A stretch of 64,000 bases of DNA from positions 1 to 64,000 of the forward strand of contig MCFE01000122.1 of assembly GCA_002104905.1 (NCBI GenBank). The letters run 5' to 3'. The position numbers and the translations under genes were made by a program. Shown here piece after piece: positions 53,961 to 64,000 of the stretch; positions within the stretch are counted from its first letter, which is position 1, and every line of letters starts with the position of its first letter. A model generated the notes under the pieces. The model worked only from the letters and a program-made list of their open reading frames with translations, had not been told where the DNA came from and did not search any database. This DNA comes from Basidiobolus meristosporus CBS 931.73 (Eukaryota > Fungi > Basidiobolomycota).

Positions 53961-55315
53961 ATGGCCAGCTACTTTAGCTTGGACGAGGAGAAGCTACAAC
54001 TGATGACGGATATTGACGCGAATATTTTGGAGAGAGTGGACGCTGCATTGGCCCTCATAGAAAAGAAATACGCCCAGCTCGAGGAGACCGGTAGGAGACA
54101 CGTTGATCACACTATCAGGCGAATCGAGGAAAAGTTGGAAAGTACCTCGTTGGCCGAGAAAGTCGATGCAGTGATCAGGATTGTTGAAGAGAAATGCATC
54201 GAGAAATGTATCAACCTTGGGGAGCTTTCATGGAAAACCCTTGAAGCAACCATCCGCCACATCGAAGAAAGATATGACGAGTTCGAGAAAATCTCCCTGC
54301 GCGATCGAGTCTTTGACACCATCAGGCACCTTGAAGAGCTCACCCCCGACCACTTCATAAAGACGGTTGATAGCTCGGTAGACTACACAGCGGAGGTCAC
54401 AAAGGCTGCCCTTTATGGAGCCAAGCGCTTATTGGAGTACGAAGAGCTTCCGCGGCCTTGGCAGCATAATGAACATATCACATCAGGGTACTGGCCTCAT
54501 CACGCTTACTGAATTCCCAAGTCGGTACTAACCCTCCCCACAGATATCGATTTCTCACTTCCAAAACTCAGTGTCTCCTCAGCGTGTTGCAGGTGCACAA
54601 TGAAACAGGCAATATCTGGACGCATCTCCTGGGGGTGTTCCTATTCTGTTGGCTGGGCTATCACTCGCTGAATACCCACCTTTTGGACGCTTCCTACCTC
54701 GACAGACTCGTGTTTTTCCTCTTCTTCGCCGCCGCGGCCAAATGCCTTATCTGCAGTACCTTGTTCCACACCTTCCAATGCCATTCCCGCCTGGGTGTGA
54801 TGCGCTGCTCGGCCGTGTTGGACTATGTGGGAATCTCCCTCCTGATCACCGCGTCGGTGCTTATCATCGAATACTACGGATTTTACTGTCGACCAATCAT
54901 TCGGAACCTCTATTTAACTTCCACAATAGTGCTGGGCGTGACCGGAGTGATTTTACCATGGTTTCGGTGGTTCGACCACAGGGATTATCGCTACGTTCGC
55001 ATCATGATATTCGTGTTGATGGGAGCATCTGGATTTGTTCCCTTCGTGCATATGGCCTTTCTCTTTGGATGGTCCAACACCTGGGCGGCCCTCTTGAAGT
55101 TTATACAATCGATCGCCTGCTACCTGCTAGGAACTCTCCTGTATGCTAACCACTACCCAGAGAAACTTTGGCCTGGAGCTTTTAATCTCTGGGGCCATTC
55201 TCATCAGCTATGGCATTTATGCGTCCTCGCTGGAATATACTATCATTACGTTTTTGCCCTGAACTTCTATCAAACCAGATGCATCTATGGCTGCAACGGT
55301 AGCTGTGCCAGTTGA
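53961..55315 (+). CDS. PAQR/IZH (adiponectin receptor/HlyIII) family protein with helical N-terminal extension (2 exons)
   Basis: LPRPWQHNEHITSGYR, HNETGNIWTH, CSTLFHTF, LDYVGI, YANHYPEK and WGHSHQLWH. Intron ~54490-54543. Confidence 0.92.
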
Positions 55316-55589
55316 ACCCTCTTATATCCGATCTATCGTCCTAAACTTAGATTTAATCACCCTAATGAACCAATTCGATTAAATGATCCCTTTAAATGCT
55401 TAATTTCGGTCGTTATGCTGGACATCCGTTTTGTCAGCTTAACCCAATTAAATCCAGTTACGTCGGTGCTATTTTAATCTCGCTCCCGCATCTAGTGAAA
55501 TTGATGGGATTGATGTTGCTTCAACTTCTCTAGTGATCTAGCAAACACCACCTGAAGGTTTCGTAGTTACCGTTTATCCTTTTGTAAGA

Positions 55590-56916
55590 ATGTCTAAAGG
55601 AGATTACAACGTGGTTCTAGAAGTAGACAATGTAGGTGGAATTTTGTCGTCATTCTCAGCCGAGAGTCCCCGCCTCCCCATCGTTACTCACCTCGTTCTT
55701 CTGGAAACTTTCTCGCTCTAGGATCTCCAATTCCAGGGTATTGTAGTGGTTTTGGGAGTTTTTTCTAGTCGGATGTTCTCGTTAGCTCACCTATCTTCAT
55801 CCAGATTTCCCTGATACTTCCGTTGGTGGAGGGTTAGGAAATACTGGCCCAGGTAAGCCTGCTGGCGTGTGCCCTTTGTCAGCTTGGTAGATTAATGTCG
55901 AATGGACCCATCTATAGCTCCAGATTACAGTAACCCCAACTATCTCCACAACCCAAGCCAATCGAGTGCAGGTGCCACCAGTAGCAACTCATTGTGGAGT
56001 GTCGAATACTACTCGCAATATTTTAACGTCGATACCAACCAGGTGAGCCAGCTCTTGCGATTGAGCCGACCCATTCAGACCCGTTAACTTTCTCCTGGTC
56101 CCTGTAGGTTAGCGATCGTATGATCCAAAGTCTGGTTCCATTCAAAACGAACTTCCTAGAAGTGATTGGCGACAACCCTGACCTTTATGGTAACCCCCTT
56201 CTTCCCAACCGAGTGAACCTTGCGATATCCCTTAGCTAACTTTCCTCAAACACATAGGTCCTTTTTGGGTCGCTACCACAGTGATCTTCACCATGTTCAT
56301 CACGTCCTCGCTGGCAGAGTCCATTGCTGCCTATATTAACGACAAGCCTCACGCGTACGACTTTATTAGCCTGTGGTTCGCTACCGTCACCATCTATTTG
56401 TACGTGTTATTTGGATCCCTATTGGTGTGGGGAGCGACCAAATACTTCGGCTGTCAACCGGCACTTCTCGAGGTGGCCAACATCTACGGCTACGGTATGA
56501 CCGTTTGGATCCCGGTGTCGGTAAGCGTTGCTCACGATTCTCAAGCTACTTGAGAGCCCCTTTGCTAAGCTCTCTCTCATCCTCCAAGATTCTGTCAGTG
56601 ATCCCTAGCAATATACTTCGCTGGATCTGCACCATGGTCGGTTTCCTGATCTCTGGTAAGTGGCGGTAGTTCTGCATTCATCCTTGATACTTCCTCACCT
56701 AGCCCCAACCCTCCCCCGCCAGGATACTTCCTCACCAAGAACCTGTACCACATCATTCTGAGATCTACCGCGAAGACTCCTAGACTCTTGGTGATCGGGA
56801 TTCTGATCTCCCACTTTATCGTGGCCTGCATCTTCAAGGTCAAGTTCTTCTCCTACGATATCAATCTGGGCGTGTTGCCCGACGCAGGGAAGAACATCGC
56901 TGACATCGGAAATTGA
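55590..56916 (+). CDS. Yip1-domain protein (YIPF1/Yip5-like), ~8 exons including a 16-nt micro-exon
   Basis: LWSVEYYSQYFNVDT, NPDLYGPFWVATTVIF and IYGYGMTVWIPVS. The micro-exon is 55722-55737. Confidence 0.88.
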
Positions 56917-57205
56917 TCCTGCGCCACTTCAACTCTCCTGCTTACCTACGGCTCCTCCCGGGTCCAACTTACACACTTTTAATCCCATTGAAGTTCAGCC
57001 TATACATTCCATATGAAAATTCTACCCTTGTTTGTGACTGGTGATGTTGTAGAATTAAAATGCTTTCCAAGTTATGAATTATCAATATGCTGAGCCCACG
57101 TCTCTTTTCATTTCTCTTGGTGTCTAAGTGACAACTTGCTAGCATATCTGTATTTGATTTAGCCCATCCCCTCCCCTCCCAAGTTATGGGTATATCCCTA
57201 GTTCT

Positions 57206-57534
57206 TGTAAAAATTCGTAATTCCACCTAAATATTCACCTAACTTAGTCACTTATATCATTGCCCTCAAATTCTAGAGAATACTGACCCAATTCCTTGTC
57301 GGGATTTACTTAGAATATTTACCCAGAACATGAAAATTAGATAAGTTGTCCACACAGCCCCAAACTTTGCACACATGTTCTTGGGACCTTCCTTAACCTA
57401 TTCTATGTGTTTGTAATGCCAAGACCAGGTAAAAGTATAAATACTACTTTTACATTCAATAAATCATTAAGTGAAAACCACATAATCTACTTGTTTTCCC
57501 AATCACTTCCAATATCTCCAAGACTCTTACAACA
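57206..57534 (+). repeat. 5' LTR
   Basis: Aligns with 61091-61421 with roughly 20 substitutions (manual count). It ends TTACAACA and lacks the first TGT of the 3' LTR. Confidence 0.93.
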
Positions 57535-57546
57535 GGTTATGAGCCC
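57535..57546 (+). promoter_or_regulatory. Primer-binding site complementary to the anticodon arm of initiator tRNA-Met (half-tRNA priming)
   Basis: GGTTATGAGCCC immediately follows the 5' LTR. It is the reverse complement of GGGCTCATAACC in fungal tRNA-iMet, as used by Ty5/copia. Confidence 0.85.
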
Positions 57547-60500
57547 CAAGCTGTCACTCTCTGCAATGTCTACTACTGATATTACTGGAATTTTTCCCTC
57601 TGCTGAAAAGTTGGATGGATCTAACCACCAAGTGTGGAAGGTGAAGATGAAGATGCTGCTGCAAGAAAGAGGCCTTTGGGATATTGTCATGGGAGAAGAA
57701 TGCCCTCCTAAAAATGTGGGAGAGGAAGCCTTGAAGTACCAGAAGAAAGAACAAAGTGCCTTTAACTGCATTTGCCTTAATGTTAAGGACAAATTGCTAA
57801 TTCAATGCTCAAGAGCAAAAAGGCAAAGAATGCCTGGAAGGCATTAGAAGACACCTACCAGTCATGTTCAGCTGCTAAGAAAATGTATCTGAGACAAAAA
57901 CTCTTTACTACAAAGATTCTGCCAGGAGAAGAAATGAAAAATCTAATTAACAGAATTACCCTGCTGGTAGATGAGATGGAATCTGTGGGCATACCAACTA
58001 CTGATGAGGATGTGATAGTAACCATCCTGAATAGCCTGACAGACAAGTTTCAGGGCCTTGTATCAGCCCTAGAGTCCAGAACTGAAGATTTGACCTTAAA
58101 TTACATATATGGAAGGCTCCTGGATGAAGAATTAAGGAAATCAAGTGCAAATAAGAAGGAAGAAGAAAATGCTTTAATAAGCAATGATAACCAACAAAGG
58201 AGGTACCCAAGACCCTACAAAGGCAACAACAACCTGTTTTGTAACTACTGCAAAAGGAAAGGTCACACATCAGACCGGTGTCTCAGAAAGAAAGATAATC
58301 AGCAAAAGAAGCCTGAATATGTAAATGCTGCAACAACTGAAGATAGACTATTCATATCTGCACTAAATATGACCACAAACAAGGATTATCAGACATGTTA
58401 TATTGACTCTGGAGCATCCCAACACTTTACGCATCAAAAAGATCTTTTTACCCAATATCAAGAAATTCCAATTAAGAAGGTTTTCATGGGTGACAATAGA
58501 ACACTTGATGCGGTGGGAGAAGGAACTATCCAAGTAAACCTAAGAAGCAGTGAATGAAGCCGTACACTGACCTTTAAAGAAGTACTCTATTTACCAGAGA
58601 TAGCCAAGAATCTACTATCTGTAAGCAAGGCCACTGCAGAAGGACTCAGTTTCAGCTATGACCATTCTTGATGCAAGATCACTGACCAAAATGGTGCCCA
58701 TATTGCTTCAGGTATCAGAGACCAGAACCTATACAAGTTGACTTATATTCCATTATATATGGAAGCCAATATAAGTGACTTGAATGAAGAAACACCAATG
58801 CTTTGGCACAGGAGATTTGGGCACATCAATTTTGATCATTGGCCCAAAATGATCAAAGATCAGCTAATTTCTGGAGTAAAAATTGACCCCCAGCTAATTT
58901 GGAGCACTGTGAAGACTGCACATATGGGAACCAAGCCAGACAACCATTCAAGAGCTCTGGGTTGGTCAAAACTAAGAAAAAATTAGATCTAATTCACTCA
59001 GATCTGTGTAGACCTATGCAAAATTTATCCTTAGGCAGGATGAAGTATTTAATCACTTTTATTGATGATTATACAAGATACACATGGGTCTACTTCATGG
59101 AGAGAAAGGAAGAATCTCTGTCAAAGTTCAGGGAGTTAAAAGCCATGGTGGAGAGAGAAACTGGCAAAAAAATCAAGAAAATATGCTCTGACAATGCTGG
59201 AGAATATACCTCAAAACTCTTCATCCACTTCTGCAAAATTCATGGGATAAAGCAAGAGACTACTGTACCATACTCCCCACAGCAAAATGGAGTAGCAGAA
59301 CATGCTAACAGATCAATAATTGATATGGCAAGATCTATGATCCATGGTCAAAAATTATCCTATGATTTTTGGGTGGAATCAGTTGACACTGCTTTATACC
59401 TTAAAAATAGGGTTATAACAGAATACTTCATGATTCTACTCCATTTGAAGTATGGTATGGGTACAGACCAAGTGCAGAACATCTAAGAATATTTGGGTGT
59501 ACAGCATATGCCAAGAAACTGCCCCAAAATCAATCTAAATATGAGCCAAAAGATGAAGAATGCATAATTTTGGGCTACTGCAATGAGAGTAAAGCATACA
59601 GACTCTGACAATACCAAAGCAAAGAAGCTAATCAAGTCCAGGGATGTGTTGTTTGATGAAAATTCAAAATTTTCACAAAAACCAATATCAGATGATGATA
59701 AAATTCTGATCTCAAGTCCACCAATTGTCAGGATTGAATAAGAGCAAAACAATGAAAGCTTTTTCACTCCAGAGGACTCTACAACCATGGTCCAGCCATC
59801 ATCAGTGCCCAGGAATATCCCAGAAGTGATCATTCCAGTATCAAATGCCTGGAGATCCAATCAGACAGGAAATAGCCCAAATTACTATATCAATGAGGGT
59901 ACAAACTTAGCCTATGCCTATTCAGTCCATATTGATGAACCCCAGACTGTAAAAGAGGCCCTAAATAGCCCTCAGACAAAGTTTTGGAGATCTGCAATGA
60001 CTGGGGAATATCAGGCCCTGATGGAAAATCAAACTTGGGACTTGGTTAAATTACCAATCAACCAAAAATCAATTGGATACCAATGGGTCTTATATATATA
60101 TATGGATGATCTTATTATAGCCACCACTAACCTAGAAACATTGGAAGAGACTAAATCCAGCCTATCTAAGGAGTTCAAGATGTCCAATCTAGGAGAACTC
60201 AGTTACTACTTAGGGATTAAGTTCTCCATAGACAGAAGTACCCAGACTATTACCCTAAGCCAATCCAAGTATATTCAAGATATACTAAAGAAGTTCCAAA
60301 TGAAAGACTGTAAACTGGCAGCTACCCCAATGGAGACAAACCTTAACTTGGTCAAAGCTCAACCAAGTCAAGAGGGCTTGGTGCCATCTGAAAGCCCTGA
60401 CTTTTCTTATCAATCTATGGTTGGCAGTCTGATGTATATCATGCTTGGAACATGTCCAGATATTGCATATTCAGTGGGAGTTGTCAGCCAACATAATCAG

Positions 60501-61081
60501 AACTATGCATCTGATCATATTGCAGCAGTTAAGCGGATTTTTAGATACCTAAAAGGAACTGCTGATATCTACTTAAGATACACTTATAAGGACTCAGAAC
60601 AGGATCTTGTGGGATACTCTGATGCAGATTGGGGACACAATTTGGAAAACACAAGATCCACCACAGGATACACCTTTCTTTACTGTAAAGGAGCAATTTC
60701 ATGGAACTCAAGAAAGCAACCAACCATAGCACTTTCTGCCACAGAGGCAGAGTATATGGCAGCCTGTGTAGCTACAAAAGAAGCAATGTGGTTAAGAAAG
60801 CTTTTTACAGATTTAGGCCTATGTCAAAAAACGCCTATTACTTTATTTCAAGATAATCAAGGATGTATACAATTAGGTAGAAATCCAACTTTTCATGCTA
60901 GAACCAAGCACATAGATATTAGACATCATTTCATACATGAAGCTATAGAGAATAACTTAGTTAGCTTAGTTTACTGTCCTACAGATGAAATGATTGCCAA
61001 CATATTTACCAAACCATTAGCAATAGACAAGTTTGAATATCTTAGGTCAAAATTAGGACTAGTCAGTATGAGCATTTAGCT

Positions 61082-61090
61082 GAGTGGGAG
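61082..61090 (+). promoter_or_regulatory. Polypurine tract
   Basis: GAGTGGGAG directly precedes the TGTTG start of the 3' LTR. Confidence 0.7.
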
Positions 61091-61421
61091 TGTTGTAAAA
61101 TTTGTAATTCCACCTAAATATTAACCTAACTTAGTCACTTAGATCATTACCTTCAAATCCTAGAGAATACTGACCAAATTCCTTGTTGGGATTTACTTAG
61201 AATATTTACCCAGAACATGAAAATTGGATAAGTTGTCCAAACAGCCCCAAACTTTGCACATATGTTCTTGGGACCTTTCTTAACCTATTCTATGTGTTTG
61301 TTATGCCAAGATCAAGTAAAACTATAAATACTACTTTTACATTCACTAAATCATTCAGTGAAAACCACATAATCAACTTGTACTCCCAATCACTTCCAAT
61401 ATCTCCAAGGCTCTTACAACA
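61091..61421 (+). repeat. 3' LTR
   Basis: TGTTGTAA...TTACAACA 8-bp inverted termini; homologous to the 5' LTR. Confidence 0.95.
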
Positions 61422-61429
61422 GTTCTTAC

Positions 61430-62239
61430 TCCACAGACAACAAGATCAAGGGTTTTTGACTGTATGGACCATAACCTGGTACGCAAGTGTCTCCATGTGC
61501 ACAACTGTCCTCAGTATTTTCCAACTCTACCTGGCTGTCCTCCATGTGCCAACTCATCACATCTATCATGAGCTTGAAGGTAAAATTCTTGACAAGATTG
61601 GGATATGGTAGTTCTTGCATTTTGACTTTTATTCTGCTAAGACTTGAATTCCTGATGGTCCCATGATATGCCAACCTTAAGGTGATGGTATGCTAGACTC
61701 TGTACAGCCTCTTGAATATTAGCCCACTCTTCATCATTGCACTCAACAGCTTCATGGATCTTCAATGTCTTTTGAATCTTAGGCTTTGGTATAAATATCA
61801 CAATCTCTTCCTACCATGCTGTGATAGGTTTTTCTGTGGGCTCTATTTCTGAGCACTGTAGCTGTGCTTTAAAGAATATACAGTGTTCCTCTGCTGTTAC
61901 ATTGAGAAATGGGTTGATTCTTGGCCATGACATTGAGATACCTGAGTTCCTTCTATGCAGCAAAGTAACTGCATTCTCTACTAGGGATATCAAATGTTCT
62001 ACTTGTATTTTCTGCTCATCCTGTCTCTGAGCTATTTCCTGATTTCCATGAGCCATTGCATCTATTCTATTGGCCACTGCACTTAATTGACTCTTTGATA
62101 TTTTGGTATGAGCTGACAATATCCTTGCTAATACTGGTGGTGGTAATGTTAGGTTGGTCATTTGCTGGTTTTCCACCAGAGGTACCACTTTTGCTACATT
62201 CTCATTTGCTTGATCATTATAGTCAGCTGGCAGCTTCAC
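61430..62239 (-). pseudogene. Degenerate transposon-associated ORF, disrupted by the Copia insertion
   Basis: CpG-poor ORF fragments (142 aa with coiled coil AVANRIDAMAHGNQEIAQRQDEQKIQVEHLISLVE; 82 aa ending at the TSD). CpG-poor DNA continues left of the 5' LTR. Confidence 0.45.
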
Positions 62240-62641
62240 AGAGCTTCACAATTACTCATTTGACTGAGATCCTGAGGAGTCAGCATTATTACCTTTGGTG
62301 GGCACACTGTCAATGTGACCTTTTTTGCACATAGCCCCACTTATTGCACAGAATATTAAAGCAAGCTGCAGTCCAGCTGCTTTTCAGCAGTTGTTTGTGG
62401 TAATGTTTGGTTGGGAACCATACAACTTTGCTTTATTTTTGGCAGCATATACATGGAAGTGGGTCAGAAAAGGGGAACTAGTGATAATTGCACATGTTTA
62501 TGTGATGCCACAGCTTTATTTATAATGCTTACTATAGTGAGTCATCATTGCATCTTACATTTGTGTAGATGCAATGTCTCATATACAGGACTGTATTACA
62601 CTTGCATGAATATTGACAAAAAAGTAATATAACAGTGCTAC

Positions 62642-62885
62642 TGTTGTAAGAGTCTTGGAGATATTGAAAGTGATTGGGTGACTTTCACTCAATGATTTAT
62701 TGACTGTAAGAGTAATATTGATACTTTTACATGGTCCTGGCATAGCAAATATGCAAAGTAGGCTTTGGAAGGTCCCAAGAACATGTATTCAAAGTTTGGT
62801 GCTGTTTAGTCAACTTCAAGAATTCTCATGCTCTGGGTACCTGATATTTTGGTGAAAATATTCCAAGTAAATCCCAACAAGGAGT
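62642..62885 (-). repeat. Inverted, diverged LTR fragment of the same or a related Copia family
   Basis: TGTTGTAAGAGTCTTGGAGATATTGAAAGTGATTGGG, GGTCCCAAGAACATGT, AAAGTTTG and AAGTAAATCCCAACAAGGA match the reverse complement of the LTRs. Similarity is lost after ~62885. Confidence 0.85.
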
Positions 62886-62989
62886 TTCCACTAATATCAG
62901 TAATGGGGGCCTTGAGGATTTATTAGTACTTCTTGCCAAAATCATTCTTGGATGCAACTTACCATGTACATGGTACAAGTGGACAACCA

Positions 62990-64000
62990 TCATGTGGCTG
63001 GCAGCATATGACCTAGAGACTGTCCATATTCCAGCATTTGTTAACTGCTACATGGCATTCACATCCAAAAATGCCACCATTGCAAGGTGTCCATCTTGTC
63101 AGGAATCCACCACCATTGAGTGGAAATATTATTCAAACCCTGGATATATTCCATTAATACCCTGTCTAAACAAGCTCATGCTGTCCAACAAGTATTGTGA
63201 AGCTATAAAGTACTCTACCCAGTATCAAGCAAGCACAAACATATCAGATATATTTGATGGCAAACATTACAAACAGCAAAGAAGCAAGAGCTACTTTCAA
63301 GGTATATATGACCATGCCTTTGCCTTAGCATTTGATGAATTCTCATTAAACAAGTACTGTACCAGCAAATCCTGCTGGCCACTGATTCTCATCAACCTGA
63401 GTCTGCCACCTATCCTACTGTATCAGAGCAAGAATATGATGGTAGTCTCACTGGTATCTGGGCCTAAATCACTGTTCAACCTGGATAGCCCCCTACATCT
63501 ATTGCTAAGTAAATTTTGTATGTTTTACAGTAGGACACAAGTAGATAACACTTATGTCAAAGTGAATATTATTATCTGCATTGTGGATACCTCACCATCA
63601 GCAAAGATAGCTGGCTTTTCTGGGTACACAGAAAGGTATTGATGACAAATGTGCAAGATCTAGGGGACTTACTGCAACACTGATACCCATTATATTTATC
63701 CAAGCACCAACATTAATAAGCTTATCTTCTTATGGAGAGAACATAGAGAAGTTGGTATACAATTGCAGCAAAGCAGGCAAGCTACCATCTACTACACAGA
63801 ACATGGAAGCAAATAGAATTGAGAGACACTAAACATAGTGGGGATCCATTGAAGCAAAAGCTTTCCACAAGGGGTAATGCACTTGTTCTGCAACAGTATC
63901 ACTTCACTATTGATCAGCTTTTCATGGATACTACAAGTGAAATGAGCACTTTGAGATACCAGAAGAACTTGAAGCAATTGTTAAGATATCACAGAGTAAG
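62990..64000 (+). mobile_element. CACTA/En-Spm (Transposase_21/Tnp2-like) transposase remnant; runs off the window
   Basis: VNCYMAF...CPSC, YIPLIPCL, SDIFDGKHY, ALAFDEF, SCWPLILINLSLPP and VSGPKS...LDSPL, then D..SAKIAGFSG...C.MC.I.G with in-frame stops. Confidence 0.85.

Larger units (their letters stand above)
57206..61421 (+). mobile_element. Ty1/Copia LTR retrotransposon with both LTRs, decayed (stops, frameshifts, RT deletion)
   Basis: Gag KLDGSNHQVWKVKMKMLLQERGLWDIV; zinc knuckle CNYCKRKGHTSDRC; protease IDSGASQH; LWHRRFGHI; integrase DDYTRYTWVYF/DNAGEY/PQQNGVAE; RNase H YSDADWG/EAEYMA/RTKHIDIRHHF. The order is PR-IN-RT-RH. The TSD GTTCT lies at 57201-57205 and 61422-61426. Confidence 0.95.

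Noticed and set aside
60100-60112. YMDD as evidence of a retroviral or Gypsy-type RT
   Set aside because: Domain order and all other motifs are Copia; the change fits CpG decay of YVDD.
61294-61611. 105-aa ORF, and the N-terminal part of ORF 57407-57847
   Set aside because: They read through LTR sequence and are not independent genes.

Overview
Intron-rich fungal genomic DNA. Gene content, short introns and a retained PRL phosphatase suggest an early-diverging lineage such as Basidiobolus; this is inference, not confirmed. Bases 1 to ~56,920 are gene-dense, with about 27 mostly multi-exon genes: Hsp31/DJ-1, NmrA-like, Vps17-like PX-BAR, DUF218-like, PRL phosphatase, a BAR-PH-PH-C2-RasGAP protein, GH16, a PAS protein, a Tom20-MYND/SET fusion, bL35m, ARPC5, an ABCC transporter, Ugo1, PP4R1-like, a bacterial-type alpha/beta hydrolase, two secreted proteins, WD40, cyclin, a DHX29/57-like helicase, alpha-arrestin, cystinosin, PAQR and a Yip1-domain protein. 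From ~56,970 to the end the DNA is an almost CpG-free transposon nest. It contains a decayed two-LTR Ty1/Copia element (5-bp TSD, half-tRNA-iMet PBS), an inverted LTR fragment and a CACTA/En-Spm-type transposase remnant. The most notable observations are the Tom20-SET fusion, a phase-correct A_AAA_AAG slippery site before a stop with a plausible -1 continuation, the BAR-to-RasGAP architecture, a TCACAT/GCCAAT motif cluster, an inverted PRL-like remnant and the sharp CpG boundary. Exon boundaries were read by eye. No tRNA, rRNA or CRISPR array was seen.
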